From Tubulanus polymorphus (lineage: Eukaryota > Animalia > Nemertea): 64,000 bases of DNA. The stretch covers positions 1,694,131 through 1,758,130 of the forward strand of contig NC_134033.1 in the NCBI RefSeq assembly GCF_964204645.1, in the 5' to 3' direction. Under the pieces are notes generated by a model. The model had not been told where the DNA came from. It saw nothing but the letters and a program-made list of their open reading frames with translations, and did not search any database. Shown piece by piece: positions 28,201-39,458 of this stretch. Within the stretch, counting starts at the first letter, position 1. Every line of letters begins with the position of its first letter. The position numbers and the translations under genes were made by a program.

Positions 28201-30854
28201 ATCGTCGTTCTGCTCGCCGCCTTTTTCGTAGATTTTTTCCTAGAAAACGAAATTAAAATTCTCGATAAAAAATTCGTCGTTTCGATTGAAATCCGGAAGA
28301 AATTATCGGCGACTTTTTCGACGTACCCTCAGTCTGACGCCTACTTCATGGGACGGGTGAATTTTCTGCAGTTCTTCCGCCCAAAACTGAAAATACGAAC
28401 AATATTCTTAGAAACGAAGACATACCAACCTATGGACCTGCAGAAAAGATGTCAGCGTTCGTAAATCCCCCTATGACATCATCAAATTCTCTACTAGTAA
28501 TTTGATGCATTAAGAATCGATGGCTGACCATCATTAATCCACCTATGAAATCATTACCAACAGGGTCCAGTTTCACGAAAAAGTTTAACCCTAAAACGGT
28601 GAAGTTTAAATTGTTGTCCTCGTTGAAAACATGAAGTAACCAATGGCGATTACACCAAAAATTTTAGTTAAACTTTCTCTGTGAAACCGAGCCCTGGTGT
28701 TAGCCATTCGGTCGGTCAAATCACCAGCAAGCAAACCGATGACGTCGTAGGGGGATTTGACTAGCGTTCCTTAATATCGTACCTGAGCTATTCCAGGATC
28801 GATGTCCATTTGACAATAAAGTTCACAAACTGTAAATAAATATGGAGATAAGTAAAATGAAACTCAAACTTTCGTTTTATAACCCTTTCAGTGCGTCTAC
28901 ACCGCAGTGCGGTGTATAAATCAGTGATAGTTTGCTAGTACACTGCACTGTGGTGTATTGGTGTAATTAAGTTCTATCTCTATTGAAAGATGGCAGCACC
29001 TGTCAAACATAGTGAAATACTAGTAACTAAGGATACACCGCACCACGGTGTTGACGCACTATAGTGGTATTCCTGTTATTCAGCACACTAGGGTGGAATT
29101 TTTCAAAATTTTCTAATTATCTCCAGCACTATAGGGCATTAATTAGTCCGCACTGAAAGGGTTAAGGAATCCAGATGTCGCAGGGACCATTTTCAATAAA
29201 ATCTTTTTATCCCAGAAATGAATTCGTTCTCTCGTACCTTTGATTAAAACGTCCGATTGCGACGCGTCCAATTCTAACGAACGCCTGAACGACGTCACCG
29301 CTTTCTCCAGGTGGCGCTGCGCCTCGTAGATCTTACCGAGCAGTTTATGCGCGGGCGCGTAATTCTCCTTTTGACTCAGAAACGCGCAGACATATCTGGG
29401 AAAAAAACAGAAATGAATTTGAAAAGTTTGACAGCATGACCATTTATCCCCGACTATTCCCTGACATGCACATTTGGATATTCTTGGAGCCACCCGCTAC
29501 AGAAAAGAATGCTGTAATTCAAATACAGGGGGCAGGCCACTTTATTCGTTTATTCCCTGACATGCGCGTTGTTTTCCCTGACTCGATCTGCTAAGAATCC
29601 AATGAATAAACGCAATCAATTATCTAAGACATAGACCGAAACTGTTTGATTTTACGCGCTATTTCTCTGACTTTTAGCTGTTTTACAAAATTCCTCAACT
29701 ATTCCCTGATTATTTTTAAGAAAAGAAAATTTCCAGACTTTTCCCTGATTTCCAGGTTTTAGGCCTAGGCCACCCCGCTTTTATCTTTAATGGTGTCGCA
29801 GTTGCCCGATTGCAATTAGCCACTCGCAATCAGACCAAAGGGCCTAAACTCTCGACCGTCAAAATTCTTTAACTTACTTTTCCGCCTGGTCGAACGCATC
29901 CACTTTGAAGTAAAGGTTCCCGATCGTGAAGCCTTTAGAATTACGCTAAAAATAGACAATGAAATTATACTTAGCCACATGTTCGGTCCACACTAATGAA
30001 ACTAGCAGGCAAACCGCAGTCCGGTGCCGACTAACACTCCCCTGATCCCTAAATAGCTTTGGTATTTGGAAAGGTCAAGGAAATACAGGCCTGGGTACAA
30101 ATTCAGATATAGCAGAACTCACTATTTGACGGCGAACTTCCCTGCGGGGGATTTAGGGGCCCTCCCACAGAGGAAATTTGAAACGTTTTAGAGACATGTC
30201 CAGTCAGTCAAAGTTAGTGAATATTTCATATAACAAAGTTATCCAATAAATTTTCATTGATAACTAGTGGATCTCAGGATCTTGTGGGGAGGTGCCTTTC
30301 GCACCCAACGCACCACCCCAACCCTATACCCCCTCCCCCACGAGCCAGGGTCGGAAGTGATTTTGTATTTTGCCTTAATTTATTTGAAATTTATAAATGA
30401 AAGTAAAAGTATATTTAGAAAAATTGCTCAACAAGACTAAAAGAAAGGCGGCATACCAGCCTGAGAATTCAAATTATTCTAATTCAATTATCTAAATTTC
30501 AAATTTCACTTCAACACGCTTAACCAACGAATGAGACATTAATCAATGATTCATTCTATGTTCACCCAGCACTGGCAGCGGTTGTCTCCACCAGTGATCT
30601 CCGTCGCTCTACGATCCTAGTGTAACCAACTGTGGTACATCAGACACTAAGATTCTTGGTGAAATTCTATGATGATGTAAGTATTTTAAGCCAGCGCGAG
30701 GAGTGAGTGACGTTACCTCTCTCTGATCTTTAACTCGACTCAGTATATCGTAGACGTGAGAGTCGACGTCCTGTTTGGTCTTGAACACCGCGAACCGTCG
30801 CGGACTGCTCGCCGCCTTCTCTTCTTTGTATTTTTTCCAGTACTGTCCGTACAT
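3865..30854 (-). CDS. RANBP2: E3 SUMO-protein ligase RanBP2 / nucleoporin Nup358 (~30 exons)
   Basis: Spliced exons: 30717-30854, 29878-29945, 29238-29395, 28783-28829, 28327-28386, 28009-28239, 26976-27106, 26197-26326, ~25506-25677, ~24958-25037, several more to 19850, large exon 14788-18955, 13969-14148, ~13022-13372, ~12040-12222, ~11445-11567, ~10669-10850, ~10000-10080, ~9320-9519, ~8882-9010, ~8183-8313, 7062-7227, 4972-5015, 3865-4005. N-terminus [11 protein letters not shown]...[15 protein letters not shown]...[10 protein letters not shown]...FRRSLELD matches the RanBP2 TPR start. Four RanBD-type domains (three with WKERG, the last divergent), two W-D-C-x2-C...C-x2-C zinc fingers, FG/FxFG repeats. 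Confidence 0.95.
4247..4286. repeat. (ATT)n microsatellite
   Basis: About 13 ATT units. Confidence 0.95.
4600..4950. repeat. Dispersed ~80-bp 'AAGATGGCTGCC...TAAATCCCCCTATGACATCATCAAATT' repeat family
   Basis: Degenerate tandem copies here. The same motif occurs at ~9590-9990 (reverse), ~19120-19835, ~26470-26960 (reverse), ~28440-28560 and ~51400-51550. Confidence 0.8.
5500..5742. repeat. ~20-bp AACTGTGGAACTGGGTCCAG minisatellite
   Basis: Degenerate tandem copies; same family as 12280-12950. Confidence 0.8.
5875..6455 (-). CDS. Putative alternative terminal exon of RanBP2 (~193 aa, unknown domain)
   Basis: Pyrimidine tract plus AAAG acceptor at 6456-6457, in frame with phase-1 exon 7062-7227. 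CpG-rich composition like the other exons; open to a stop at 5875. Confidence 0.45.
7803..8083. mobile_element. piggyBac-type MITE (281 bp)
   Basis: TTAA on both sides (7799-7802, 8084-8087); TIR CCCTTTCAGTG...CACTGAAAGGG. A second copy in the opposite orientation lies at 28883-29161 and a diverged copy at ~6650-6926. Confidence 0.85.
10890..11357. mobile_element. Three adjacent PIF/Harbinger-type palindromic MITEs
   Basis: Successive GGGC(T/C)nGTT(T/C)CATAG...CTATGAAACnGG(C/G)CC-type ends flanked by CWG-like triplets. Confidence 0.6.
11618..12018. repeat. 77-bp minisatellite (~5 copies)
   Basis: CCACCAGGTGTCGCTAGTGTGCAGTAGGA...CTTGTGGCAAGTGAGGAT repeated at 77-bp spacing. Single related copies at ~6570-6630, ~34615 and ~47665-47715. 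Confidence 0.9.
12280..12950. repeat. ~20/59-bp higher-order minisatellite
   Basis: Repeated AACTGAGTCCAGTTACTGT-AAACTGGGCGCAGAACTGTG-AAACTGGGTCCAGTAACTGAGG. Confidence 0.9.
13493..13868. repeat. 47-bp tandem repeat inside a Harbinger-type MITE remnant
   Basis: About 7 copies of TTCTATAACCAATCTAACAACTTAAGACCAGTCTAAACTCATTTTGG, followed by the MITE right end (AAGTCACAACTGCGCAACTAGGCC), similar to 48040-48177. Confidence 0.85.
14788..18955 (-). CDS. RANBP2: RanBP2 large internal exon (coiled coil, FG repeats, RanBD1, two ZnF-RanBP2, RanBD2)
   Basis: 1425-aa ORF bounded by acceptor TTACAG at 18956 and donor GTAGGT at 14787. Contains [25 protein letters not shown]...[43 protein letters not shown]. 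Confidence 0.95.
22857..23388. repeat. 106-bp minisatellite (5 copies)
   Basis: CCCTGATTAAATTAT...GATATCCTCAGTGAGGGCTGTTTCTTATCAAGAGG... at 106-bp spacing. Confidence 0.95.
25766..25879. mobile_element. Short palindromic Harbinger-type MITE
   Basis: CAG-GGTCCAGTTCCACAGTT ... AACTGTGGAACTGGGTC-CAG inverted ends. Confidence 0.7.
27535..27985 (-). mobile_element. tRNA-derived SINE interrupted by a MITE
   Basis: B-box GGTCGTGGGTTCGAACCC at ~27920-27940 (minus), central CTCCACCCAG/GAGTAAATGGGTACC segment split by the MITE, and (TTA)n tail at ~27535-27547. Confidence 0.65.
27727..27864. mobile_element. PIF/Harbinger-type MITE (138 bp)
   Basis: TIR GGGCCGGTTCCATAGTCG...CGACTATGGAACCGGCCC with a CTG target-site duplication. 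A 138-bp copy in the opposite orientation lies at 48040-48177. Confidence 0.85.
28883..29161. mobile_element. piggyBac-type MITE (copy of 7803-8083)
   Basis: CCCTTTCAGTGC...GCACTGAAAGGG-TTAA; near-identical reverse complement of 7803-8083. Confidence 0.85.
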
Positions 30855-32096
30855 TTTCGCTTTATTTCGCACCGAAATTTCAGCCAGAAAAAGTCTGAAA
30901 CCTCTCCATTCGTTCGGCGCGATGGATAACGCTATATCGCGTATTGCGATTCGGAATGCGGTAGGATAGTCCGACGGGTTGCCCGTGTCTCTACTCGCTT
31001 CCCTGTGCCTACATCTCCGGCTCCGGTCGGTCAGTTTGGCGGTGGCGCCGCATGCACGAATAAAGGCCGCGGTTTTTATATGCGGACTCCGTTTTGTTTT
31101 GTACACGAGCAGTTAGAATGCCGTCTTTTTCCCATGAGATTTTAGATAGTATTTTACTTCTTACACATGACAGCGTGTTGGGATATTTTTCATTCATTTA
31201 TTGCCAGCCTCCAGATTTCCCCGCGAATCCGCGTGGAAAATTTATTTCCCATTCGTATTTATAATTTTCCGGCGAATTTTCTGCCAGAAAATCTTATTTT
31301 ACCAGATCGCGTCAATCCCGAGTCAACCCCGATGAATCAAATTCCAGAGGAGAAAATGAAGAGTTATGTGATGTTTTTCGAGTTATTTTGGCTTTATTTA
31401 GCGTAACGGGTGACACGGAAATGTTGGGTTGAATAATTGGGTTCAGCTGCTTGCATGTTTTGAAGAGAGGTACCACGTGTTCATCTAAACCCGACGCTTT
31501 TCAATGATTTCAACTGAAATGAAAGAAGATGAAATAAACGTTAAACTCTGTGTTGATAGAGTGTTGATAAGTCGCGAAATTACTGAATTAGTTTCCCCTT
31601 ATTTCTAGTCCTAATTTGTACTTGAAATTCAATTTAAGATTGTAATATTTGGATTTATAGGCAGCAACAAAATGATTGTCCCGACTACTTCGACTTAGCG
31701 AGTTGGCTTTGCTTCAACAAAGTCTATGAATCTGTGAATGTTTTGAGATTAATCTACTTAAGTACCGGTACGCATACCATCCAATCATAGAAACAGGGTT
31801 ATTTGGATATAAATTTATAAATTTTGAAATACGTTCGAACTCACTAAAGTCGTCATATTTAGTCGAGACGATTATTACATTCATGACTTATTCATATGAA
31901 GACCTACACTCAGTAAATTGATTTGGAAATACAAATTGAGACTCAAAAATTTTGACTACTCTAGTAATCTAGCGACTTGTACGATTGTGAGTTTGACCAG
32001 TATCACAAATTGTGGAACACTATTAATCATCTCTATCAATGTCAATGAAATTACCTGCGTATCTACAAGTTGTGCAGCAAAAGGTTCCTGGGTAGT

Positions 32097-33529
32097 TTAG
32101 TACCAACCGCCGTAACCGCCCATATTACCAAAGGCATTGTTACCGTAACCACCGGTAGCTCCGAAACCTTTGTTAAATCCATTGCCGAATCCACCGTTGG
32201 CAAATCCGTTACGATGGCCACCAGCGGCGCCATTGGCGAATCCTCCGTGACCGGCAGCTCCGCCGAAACCTCCACGACCATATTGGGCACCTCCGGCAGC
32301 GTGTCCATGTTGGGCGCCATAACCGCGAGCGCCTCCGTGTCCGGCTTTGGCGCTGAGGGCGTTTCTGTTATCCCAGCCCTGGTCGATAGCGCGGTTATGA
32401 CCGCGGTTATTGCTGAAGGTTTGGACGTTGCTGAATCCACCTCCATTGGCGAATCCACCCTTGGCTCCGTGTCCGGCGACACCTCCGCGAGATCCGGCAG
32501 CTCCGTAAGCTCCTCCGCGGTTGAAAGCACCACCAGCGCGGTTTCCGAATCCACCGTAACCTGCATTGTGTCCTTGGTTGCCGTAACCTTGGTTAAAACC
32601 GTTTCCAAATCCACCGACGGCACCACCTCCGTGGTTGTTGGCTCCCCAGTTGTTGAAACCGCCTCCGTGTGGGCGGGCCATGTAGCCACCTCCGTAGCCA
32701 CCTCCCATTCCCATTCCTCCTCCGTAACCACCTCCCATTCCCATGCCACCTCCGTAGCCACCTCCCATTCCTCCTCCGTAACCACCTCCCATTCCCATGC
32801 CACCTCCGTAGCCACCTCCCATTCCCATGCCACCTCCGTAGCCACCTCCCATTCCTCCTCCGTAACCACCTCCCATACCTCCTCCGTAGCCACCTCCCAT
32901 TCCACCTCCGTAGCCACCTCCTATTCCCATTCCCATTCCACCTCCATGACCACCTCCGTAGCCTCCTCCCATTCCACCTCCCATTCCACCTCCGTAGCCA
33001 CCTCCCATTCCTCCTCCGTAGCCACCTCCTATTCCCATTCCCATTCCACCTCCATGACCACCTCCGTAGCCTCCTCCCATTCCACCTCCGTAGCCACCTC
33101 CTATTCCCATTCCCATTCCACCTCCATGACCACCTCCGTAGCCTCCTCCCATTCCACCTCCGTAGCCACCTCCCATTCCTCCTCCGTAGCCACCTCCCAT
33201 TCCTCCTCCGTAGCCACCTCCCATTCCTCCTCCGTAGCCTCCTCCCATTCCTCCTCCGTAGCCACCTCCCATTCCCATTCCCATTCCACCTCCATAACCA
33301 CCTCCGTAGCCACCTCCCATTCCCATTCCTCCTCCTATTCCGCCGCCGTATCCACCTAATCCACCATAACCTGCAGGTGTATAAAGAATTGAAGACGAGT
33401 TAAATATCCTAAAAGATAAATTCGAAACATAAAAAGGAAATATGCAAACAGTATTCAAGAGTTTGACCTCTTACCGCTGCTATGGACGGAGACGATCAAT
33501 AACGATAGAAATACAACAGCAGACTTCAT
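32097..33529 (-). CDS. G1: secreted Gly/Tyr/Met-rich structural protein (442 aa)
   Basis: Exons 33475-33529 (MKSAVVFLSLLIVSVHSSG, signal peptide) and 32097-33370. GGGYGGGM repeats, then the conserved core with Trp at 32373-32375. Confidence 0.9.
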
Positions 33530-33835
33530 TGTGAAGAATCTCTGAAAATCGTAATTTCAAAATTCATTTATATTCGTCCTTAGAATTTTACTCAAAACAT
33601 ACTTGCACAGGAACCGTCAAATGCCAGAAGGGACACAAATGTTGAGTGAATGCGTAACGGACACCACCATTGATGAAACACTTTATTCATATTGGGACGA
33701 ATATATATAATCCTACACTTTAATGATGCGATAAAAGATAGAGTTTGAACTGGTAGTTGGATTCAACGCTCCGGCTATATCGTCTTCCGAAATAATCATA
33801 ATCACCTGGAAATGACGATCATGAGTATTAGCATT

Positions 33836-34030
33836 GTATTCCTAAAGATGACCATTAGGATAAAGTCGAAACGTTGAATGAACTACACTAGGTCAAGGAA
33901 TACAGTATTCCTGAAGATGACTATTAGGATATATTCGAAACGTTGAATAAACTACACTAGCTCAAGGAATACAGTATTCCTGGAGATGACTATTAGTATA
34001 TAGTCGAAACGTTGAATAGACTACACTAGC
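33836..34030 (+). ncRNA. Three tandem 69-bp minimal type-I hammerhead-ribozyme-like units (degenerate)
   Basis: Consensus TATTC-CTGAAGA-T-GACTAT-n6-ATAGTC-GAAA-CG-TT-GAATA: stem I TATTC/GAATA, stem II GACTAT/ATAGTC, palindromic ACGT in place of stem III. Units start at 33836, 33905 and 33974. Confidence 0.7.
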
Positions 34031-36069
34031 TCGATGCTTAGTGTGGAATTCTATATCCCTTTACATGGCGACCGTTCCGGTCTTCCCCAATTCAAGGCTC
34101 CTGCCACAGCTTTGGCGGAATATGAGTCACACAAGAACCTTTGTGGCTATTCCTTCGGCCACCAGATGCGATCTCAGATTGGCCATTAGTTCCACTGACC
34201 ACTGGCGATCTCTGTCGACAGAGCAAATAATGGCGGCTCGATATTCAATCAACGTGTGAAAACCTACCTGAATTGTAGACTCGAACAGGCGAAAAAATGA
34301 AGCCCTGAACTGAAGCTCCGGTTAAATCTGTTCGATTTTATAGCCGCGTTCGGCCATCGTTTTTACAAGCTGGTGTTGACAGACGACAGCAATTAAAATC
34401 ATGCGTACATTGTGTCGCAATTCGAAAAGGCACATTCGAAGTTTATTTATGGTATATTTAGATTTATGGTTTGCAGACGGTGTTGGCCAGGCTTTATAAA
34501 TCGCCTTAGCGACGAACAGACGGTGGTAACAGGTGGGAATATGAATCAAAGCTTGTTGATCGCCTGTTTACGTAACCATCACAAAAAGTGACCGATCCGA
34601 ATTTAGTGCCGGTACCACTACTGTGGCAAGCGAGGATTTCGTGATGAAACCCACACAATCGTGGCAAATCTTATGCTTTGATACTTGGATTGACTCCTCT
34701 AAACAACTTCAAGAAGTCATTTTACCTCCAATATTCCGCTGATGCGGCGACCATCACGATGATCGTTAGAACAACAACATCACTTGTTTAAATTGTTTCT
34801 TTGTGTTATTGAGTTATAGCACGAAGTAAAACAATTTGTTATTCAATGCTGTAACGAAAAGGCAATCTCATTATCTCAATTCCCTAAACCTAACTGAAAA
34901 ATGTAATTTTCTTCTTTTTGGCGACCCAGCCTTGCTTGACTTAAACACTAATACTAAGATCACCACTCTCTCATCCAAATTCATTTGCAAAACTAGCGAC
35001 CGTTTACCACTACCCTGATAGCATGTCCTCATTTTAATTTTCCCAATTTCTTTGTGTTTTTTTTTATTTATTCGTTAGTTTTGTGTCACTCTGTTCATAT
35101 GTTTATTTATGTAGTAATTATATGTTCAACCTGTCCATAATGGGATATTCCCGCGTGACAGGTATCTTTCTTTTGTATCGTATGTCAGTTTGATTTTGAT
35201 GAATTTGATTATAAAAAAAAGGCATCAAATGGTGCGTACATACTGGGCCTGCTTAGATCCCCTCCCTCCCCATACGCATTATCACTGAACCCCCTCCCTC
35301 TATCGTGCCTACACACTCAGTGAACGACCCCTTATCAACAATCCATATACATTATTTACATTACATTAAATGTTGGAGGGATCTCTACACATCTAAGCCT
35401 ATTTTGATGAATGGCTAGCTGGGTATTTCAAAAATCCGAATAAAGTGGTGCCATCTGGTGTGTACCACCGATATATCATTGAATAATGTTCGTACTTCGT
35501 TACAAGGACGTTCAATGAAGATTCTAAATGTATATCATATATTATACTGCGTGACAACATCCGAGTTAGAAAACTTATCTTTGAGTTGATTGAGTCTGAG
35601 TTAAGTGGATAATTCTTCTGCCATCTTTGAACAAATAGTTCTTCAGAAGAACCTTAAGGGATGTTCTTCAGCTTGCCTCTGGGAGGAACCCCTAAAGCTT
35701 CTTCAAAGCACCCCGAAAGGTTTCCCGATGGACCGATCGCTCAGGTAAAGGTTTTTGTGAAATGTATGTTACCCATGAGTCCTTTAGAACACATTTATCA
35801 CGAGGTTCGGAACACGTTCTCCAGCACTATATTCCACGCGTCCTAACCAAGTTCAACATTCAGATCATCGAGAACACAAATGAAGAAATTCGGACAACCG
35901 TCCCAATTTTATGGTGGTACATTCAGATTTCAGGCTGAACTGAAATTCATGCAGACGTGTACATACACGAATTACCTATATCTTAAATCAAGAAATCTAA
36001 ATATATTTATCTATTTTGATGACACAGTTTAAGAGTTTGCAAGGTAAATAACGCCGTAACGTCTCGCAT

Positions 36070-36960
36070 CAGTGCATAGATGTTGGAATTCTAGGCGTAT
36101 TCACCCACTGGAAGAACGTATCCGTTATTTGAAAGGTTAACTGCGATTGTTGGACGATCGGATCGACCCAAGACCTATAACGTTGTTCTGGAGACTTAGT
36201 GCACGTAGTAGGTACAGTAAACATGTAAATACCACCATTGTACATTGTTACCGATGATGAAGAACGAGTTGTCTCCAAGCGATTGAACATTTCAGTCAGA
36301 ACTCAAACCTCTGTAGATGCTAACATTACTGACACTGGAATGAATAAACCGTTCACGAATTTGTACAGGTTTGTTTACAGTTTGTTCCGTCGCATGGGCG
36401 CAACAGATTATCCTTCTTTATATAACACATATTTCACTATTTGGTTTAAGTGATAATTTAGTGATAATGAACCACTCTCGGCAACGGCTAGAATTAAGAA
36501 ATCTCTCCGTACGATGGCGAGATTTATGCGTCAACGTTAGCGCCACTATCAAAACTGTTACCGAGTAAACCGACTTTAACAACGACTAGAAATAAGGTGA
36601 CACCTGATCCTACGATGAAAGCGGCGGATAATGCTTCCGAGGCTCTAACTTGATATCCAGAATTACCCAACCGTAGTGTTGTTGCATTGATGGTGTTGTG
36701 TGATCTATCGTCGTTGATTCAAGTATGTCTTCAGTAGCTCCTGTAGTTCTTCCAGTTGGCACAAGACTGGGAATGGCGGAGCCCTTGGAGTTAGAGATAA
36801 ACTTTGGAAGCTCTTTTAGATATCGATGGATGGACTGTCGTGAAATTAGAAATATAGTAGTTCGTATACTATTTGTAGTTACCGATTGACATTTGGATGG
36901 CGATAATTTGCGAGCTCATTTCGATAGCGATGTTCTGGGAGCCTGTAGTTAGTGATAAGA
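36070..36960 (-). pseudogene. Decayed rhodopsin-GPCR fragment (S/T-rich N-terminus, TM1, TM2, later pieces)
   Basis: Frameshifted reading ...FLVVVKVGLLGNS/LIVALTL...FLILAVAE (GN of TM1, LAxxD-like TM2). DNA similarity to 43480-43900 and 39850-40200. Confidence 0.45.
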
Positions 36961-38073
36961 CTGACACCCGTGCATTGCAGCGACTCAGAGAAATGCAAAA
37001 CATTGAAAGCACGTAACACATTTACCAAAGATCGATTTGTTAAGAACCTTGCATAAATGATGTATGAACATTAGAATTTTTACAAATTTTAACTCGTACA
37101 GCTACATCATTAAAAGGTGCATTGATACGTCAGTCATCAGTTATCAGTCAACGGCCATGAGTTATAAGCTACCAGCATAAAAGAGCAATTGATGGTATTC
37201 CTACTCGAATGTGTTTCATGAGTTCAAACTTGTTTTAGATTATGACAAAATCTGTTCGTCTTGCATGTATCACCGATCATAAGATTGAAACCCATCAATA
37301 ACTCAGATCTCAATGAAGGCTTCTCCTTTAACCAAACTAAAACCCAGTTTGAATTTTTCATATTGCGTTGAGTTGACTAAACTTGACCCAGTGATCTTCA
37401 CTCCAATGCCAACAATGGAATTGTATTACTAGGTATATATACCCCATGAAGGGCGAAAGAGACTTCACTGCATGACATTGTCCAGTGGAACATTGTAGAC
37501 TATAAACTCATTTTAGTTCTATAACCAATGTTTATGGCCTCGAAATCGAATCAAAATTTCCGAGAATGAATAATTTTCGTATGAATTCCACTAAACGAGA
37601 GAAGGTGATGAGAGGGAGAGCCCATGGAGATAAAAGAAACGCCAAATAATGAATAGTGTTTTAAAAGTGCTATGCGGAATTTTATTCAACCGAGTCGTCC
37701 AGAGAGAAAATTCAATTCAATCCATTAATATATATTAATCAATTTTTGAATTATTAGCAACAACGGCAACAATGGTAACTACAGCAACAAACAGAAACAG
37801 TGCACGCTAAGACATAACCACGACATTCAATAAGTTTTCAACTGCAACCTACAAAAATAGACATTAATAGAAACTGAATTGGAGATGCGCTACTGATGAA
37901 TCCTATCGAGTTATGTAAAACGACGTTTCTAATCAGTTTTTGATAAAATTTTCTCAAATCGAGCAAACAAACTGAGAACACTCGAAACAAGTTAATATTT
38001 ACTATTTGTGTGGCGAGATTTTGAGATTTTACCTTTTTTTCTAACGAAGGAATAAAGTCTTTCAAGTAAGAGT

Positions 38074-39286
38074 TTAGTAGTAACCGCCAGCATGACCGCT
38101 GTTGCCATAGGCATCGTTGGCGTATCCACCTCTGGCTCCGTAACCTTTGTTGAAACCATTAGCACCTCCGCCTTTAGCGAAACCCCTATTGTATCCGGCA
38201 GCTCCGCCATTAGCGAATCCAGCGTGACCACTGGCAGCGCCGTGAGCTCCTCTGGCGTATTGGGCGCCTCCAGCAGCGTGGGCATTGTTGGAACCTTGAG
38301 CTCTAACACCTCCGTAACCACGACGAGCTCTAGCGCCAGATTGGTTATTCCAGGCCGCATCGACAGACTTATGATGCCCGGCTTGTTGGTTGAATTTGTC
38401 GAGGTTGTTGTAGCCTTGGTTGGCGGCGAAAGATCCTTGGGCACCTTGTCCGCGGACGTGTCCTTGACTTCCTTGAGCGCCGTATCCTCCACGTTGGTTA
38501 AATCCAGCGTTTCCGCGGTTACCGAATCGGTTGTAGCCAGCAGCATTACCTCTTGCGCCATATCCTCGGTTGAAACCGGCAGCATGACCTCCGTGAGCGC
38601 CACCTCCGCGGCTGTTGGCTCCAAAGTTGTTGTAGCCGGCTCCATGTGCACCTCCTCCGTAGCCACCACCTCCTCCGTAGCCACCACCTCCTCCAGCTCC
38701 ATAGCCACCACCTCCTCCAGCTCCGAAACCACCTCCTCCTCCAGCTCCGTAGCCACCACCTCCTCCGGCTCCGAAACCACCTCCTCCTCCACCTCCGTAA
38801 CCACCGCCTCCTCCACCTCCGTAGCCACCGCCGACTCCGCCTCCGTAGCCACCGCCTCCTCCGACTCCGTAGCCACCGCCTCCTCCGACTCCGTAGCCGC
38901 CGCCTCCTCCGGCTCCGTAGCCGCCGCCTCCTCCGGCTCCGTAGCCGCCGCCTCCTCCGGCTCCGTAGCCGCCGCCTCCTCCGGCTCCGTAGCCGCCGCC
39001 GCCTCCGGCTCCGTAGCCGCCACCTCCTCCGACTCCGTAGCCGCCGCCTCCTCCGGCTCCGTAGCCGCCGCCTCCGCCGGCTCCGTAGCCGCCGCCCCCT
39101 CCGGCTCCGTAGCCTCCACCTCCACCAGCTCCGTAGCCTCCGCCGCCTAAAATGAAATGTATTAGAAACGTAGACGAAAATTATCAACGACACATTCGGA
39201 TCGGAATCAATGAAGAAAGAATACTATTTACCGTAATAGCTAGCGGCCACCGTGGAAATGATACACAGGATCACTGCAAACTTCAT
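38074..39286 (-). CDS. G2: secreted Gly/Tyr/Ala-rich structural protein (375 aa)
   Basis: Exons 39232-39286 (MKFAVILCIISTVAASYYG) and 38074-39146. GGGGYGA/GV repeats, core Trp at 38350-38352. The true frame is absent from the ORF track because exon 2 has no start codon. Confidence 0.9.
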
Positions 39287-39450
39287 ATTGGATGCCTGAA
39301 ATAGAGAGACTGAGACGATGTACGTATATTCAACAACTCAACACTGAAAACTAAACCACAATGTCGGATCTCGATGCAGTCCTTCTTCCAGTAGTCACAT
39401 ACCTTTAAACTGTGACACAAACAATGCACCGATCGTCTCAACCACTGGTC

Positions 39451-39458
39451 TTTATATA
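39451..39458 (-). promoter_or_regulatory. TATA box of G2 (equivalents at 42741-42747 G3, 46459-46466 G4, 53442-53448 G5, 58488-58494 G7 plus strand)
   Basis: TATATAAA/TATAAAA just upstream of a short non-coding first exon ending in a GT donor; position conserved among paralogues. Confidence 0.7.

Noticed and set aside
34041-34330. TGGCGACC primer-binding-site-like motif and a weak gag-like reading
   Set aside because: No paired LTRs or recognisable retroelement domains.
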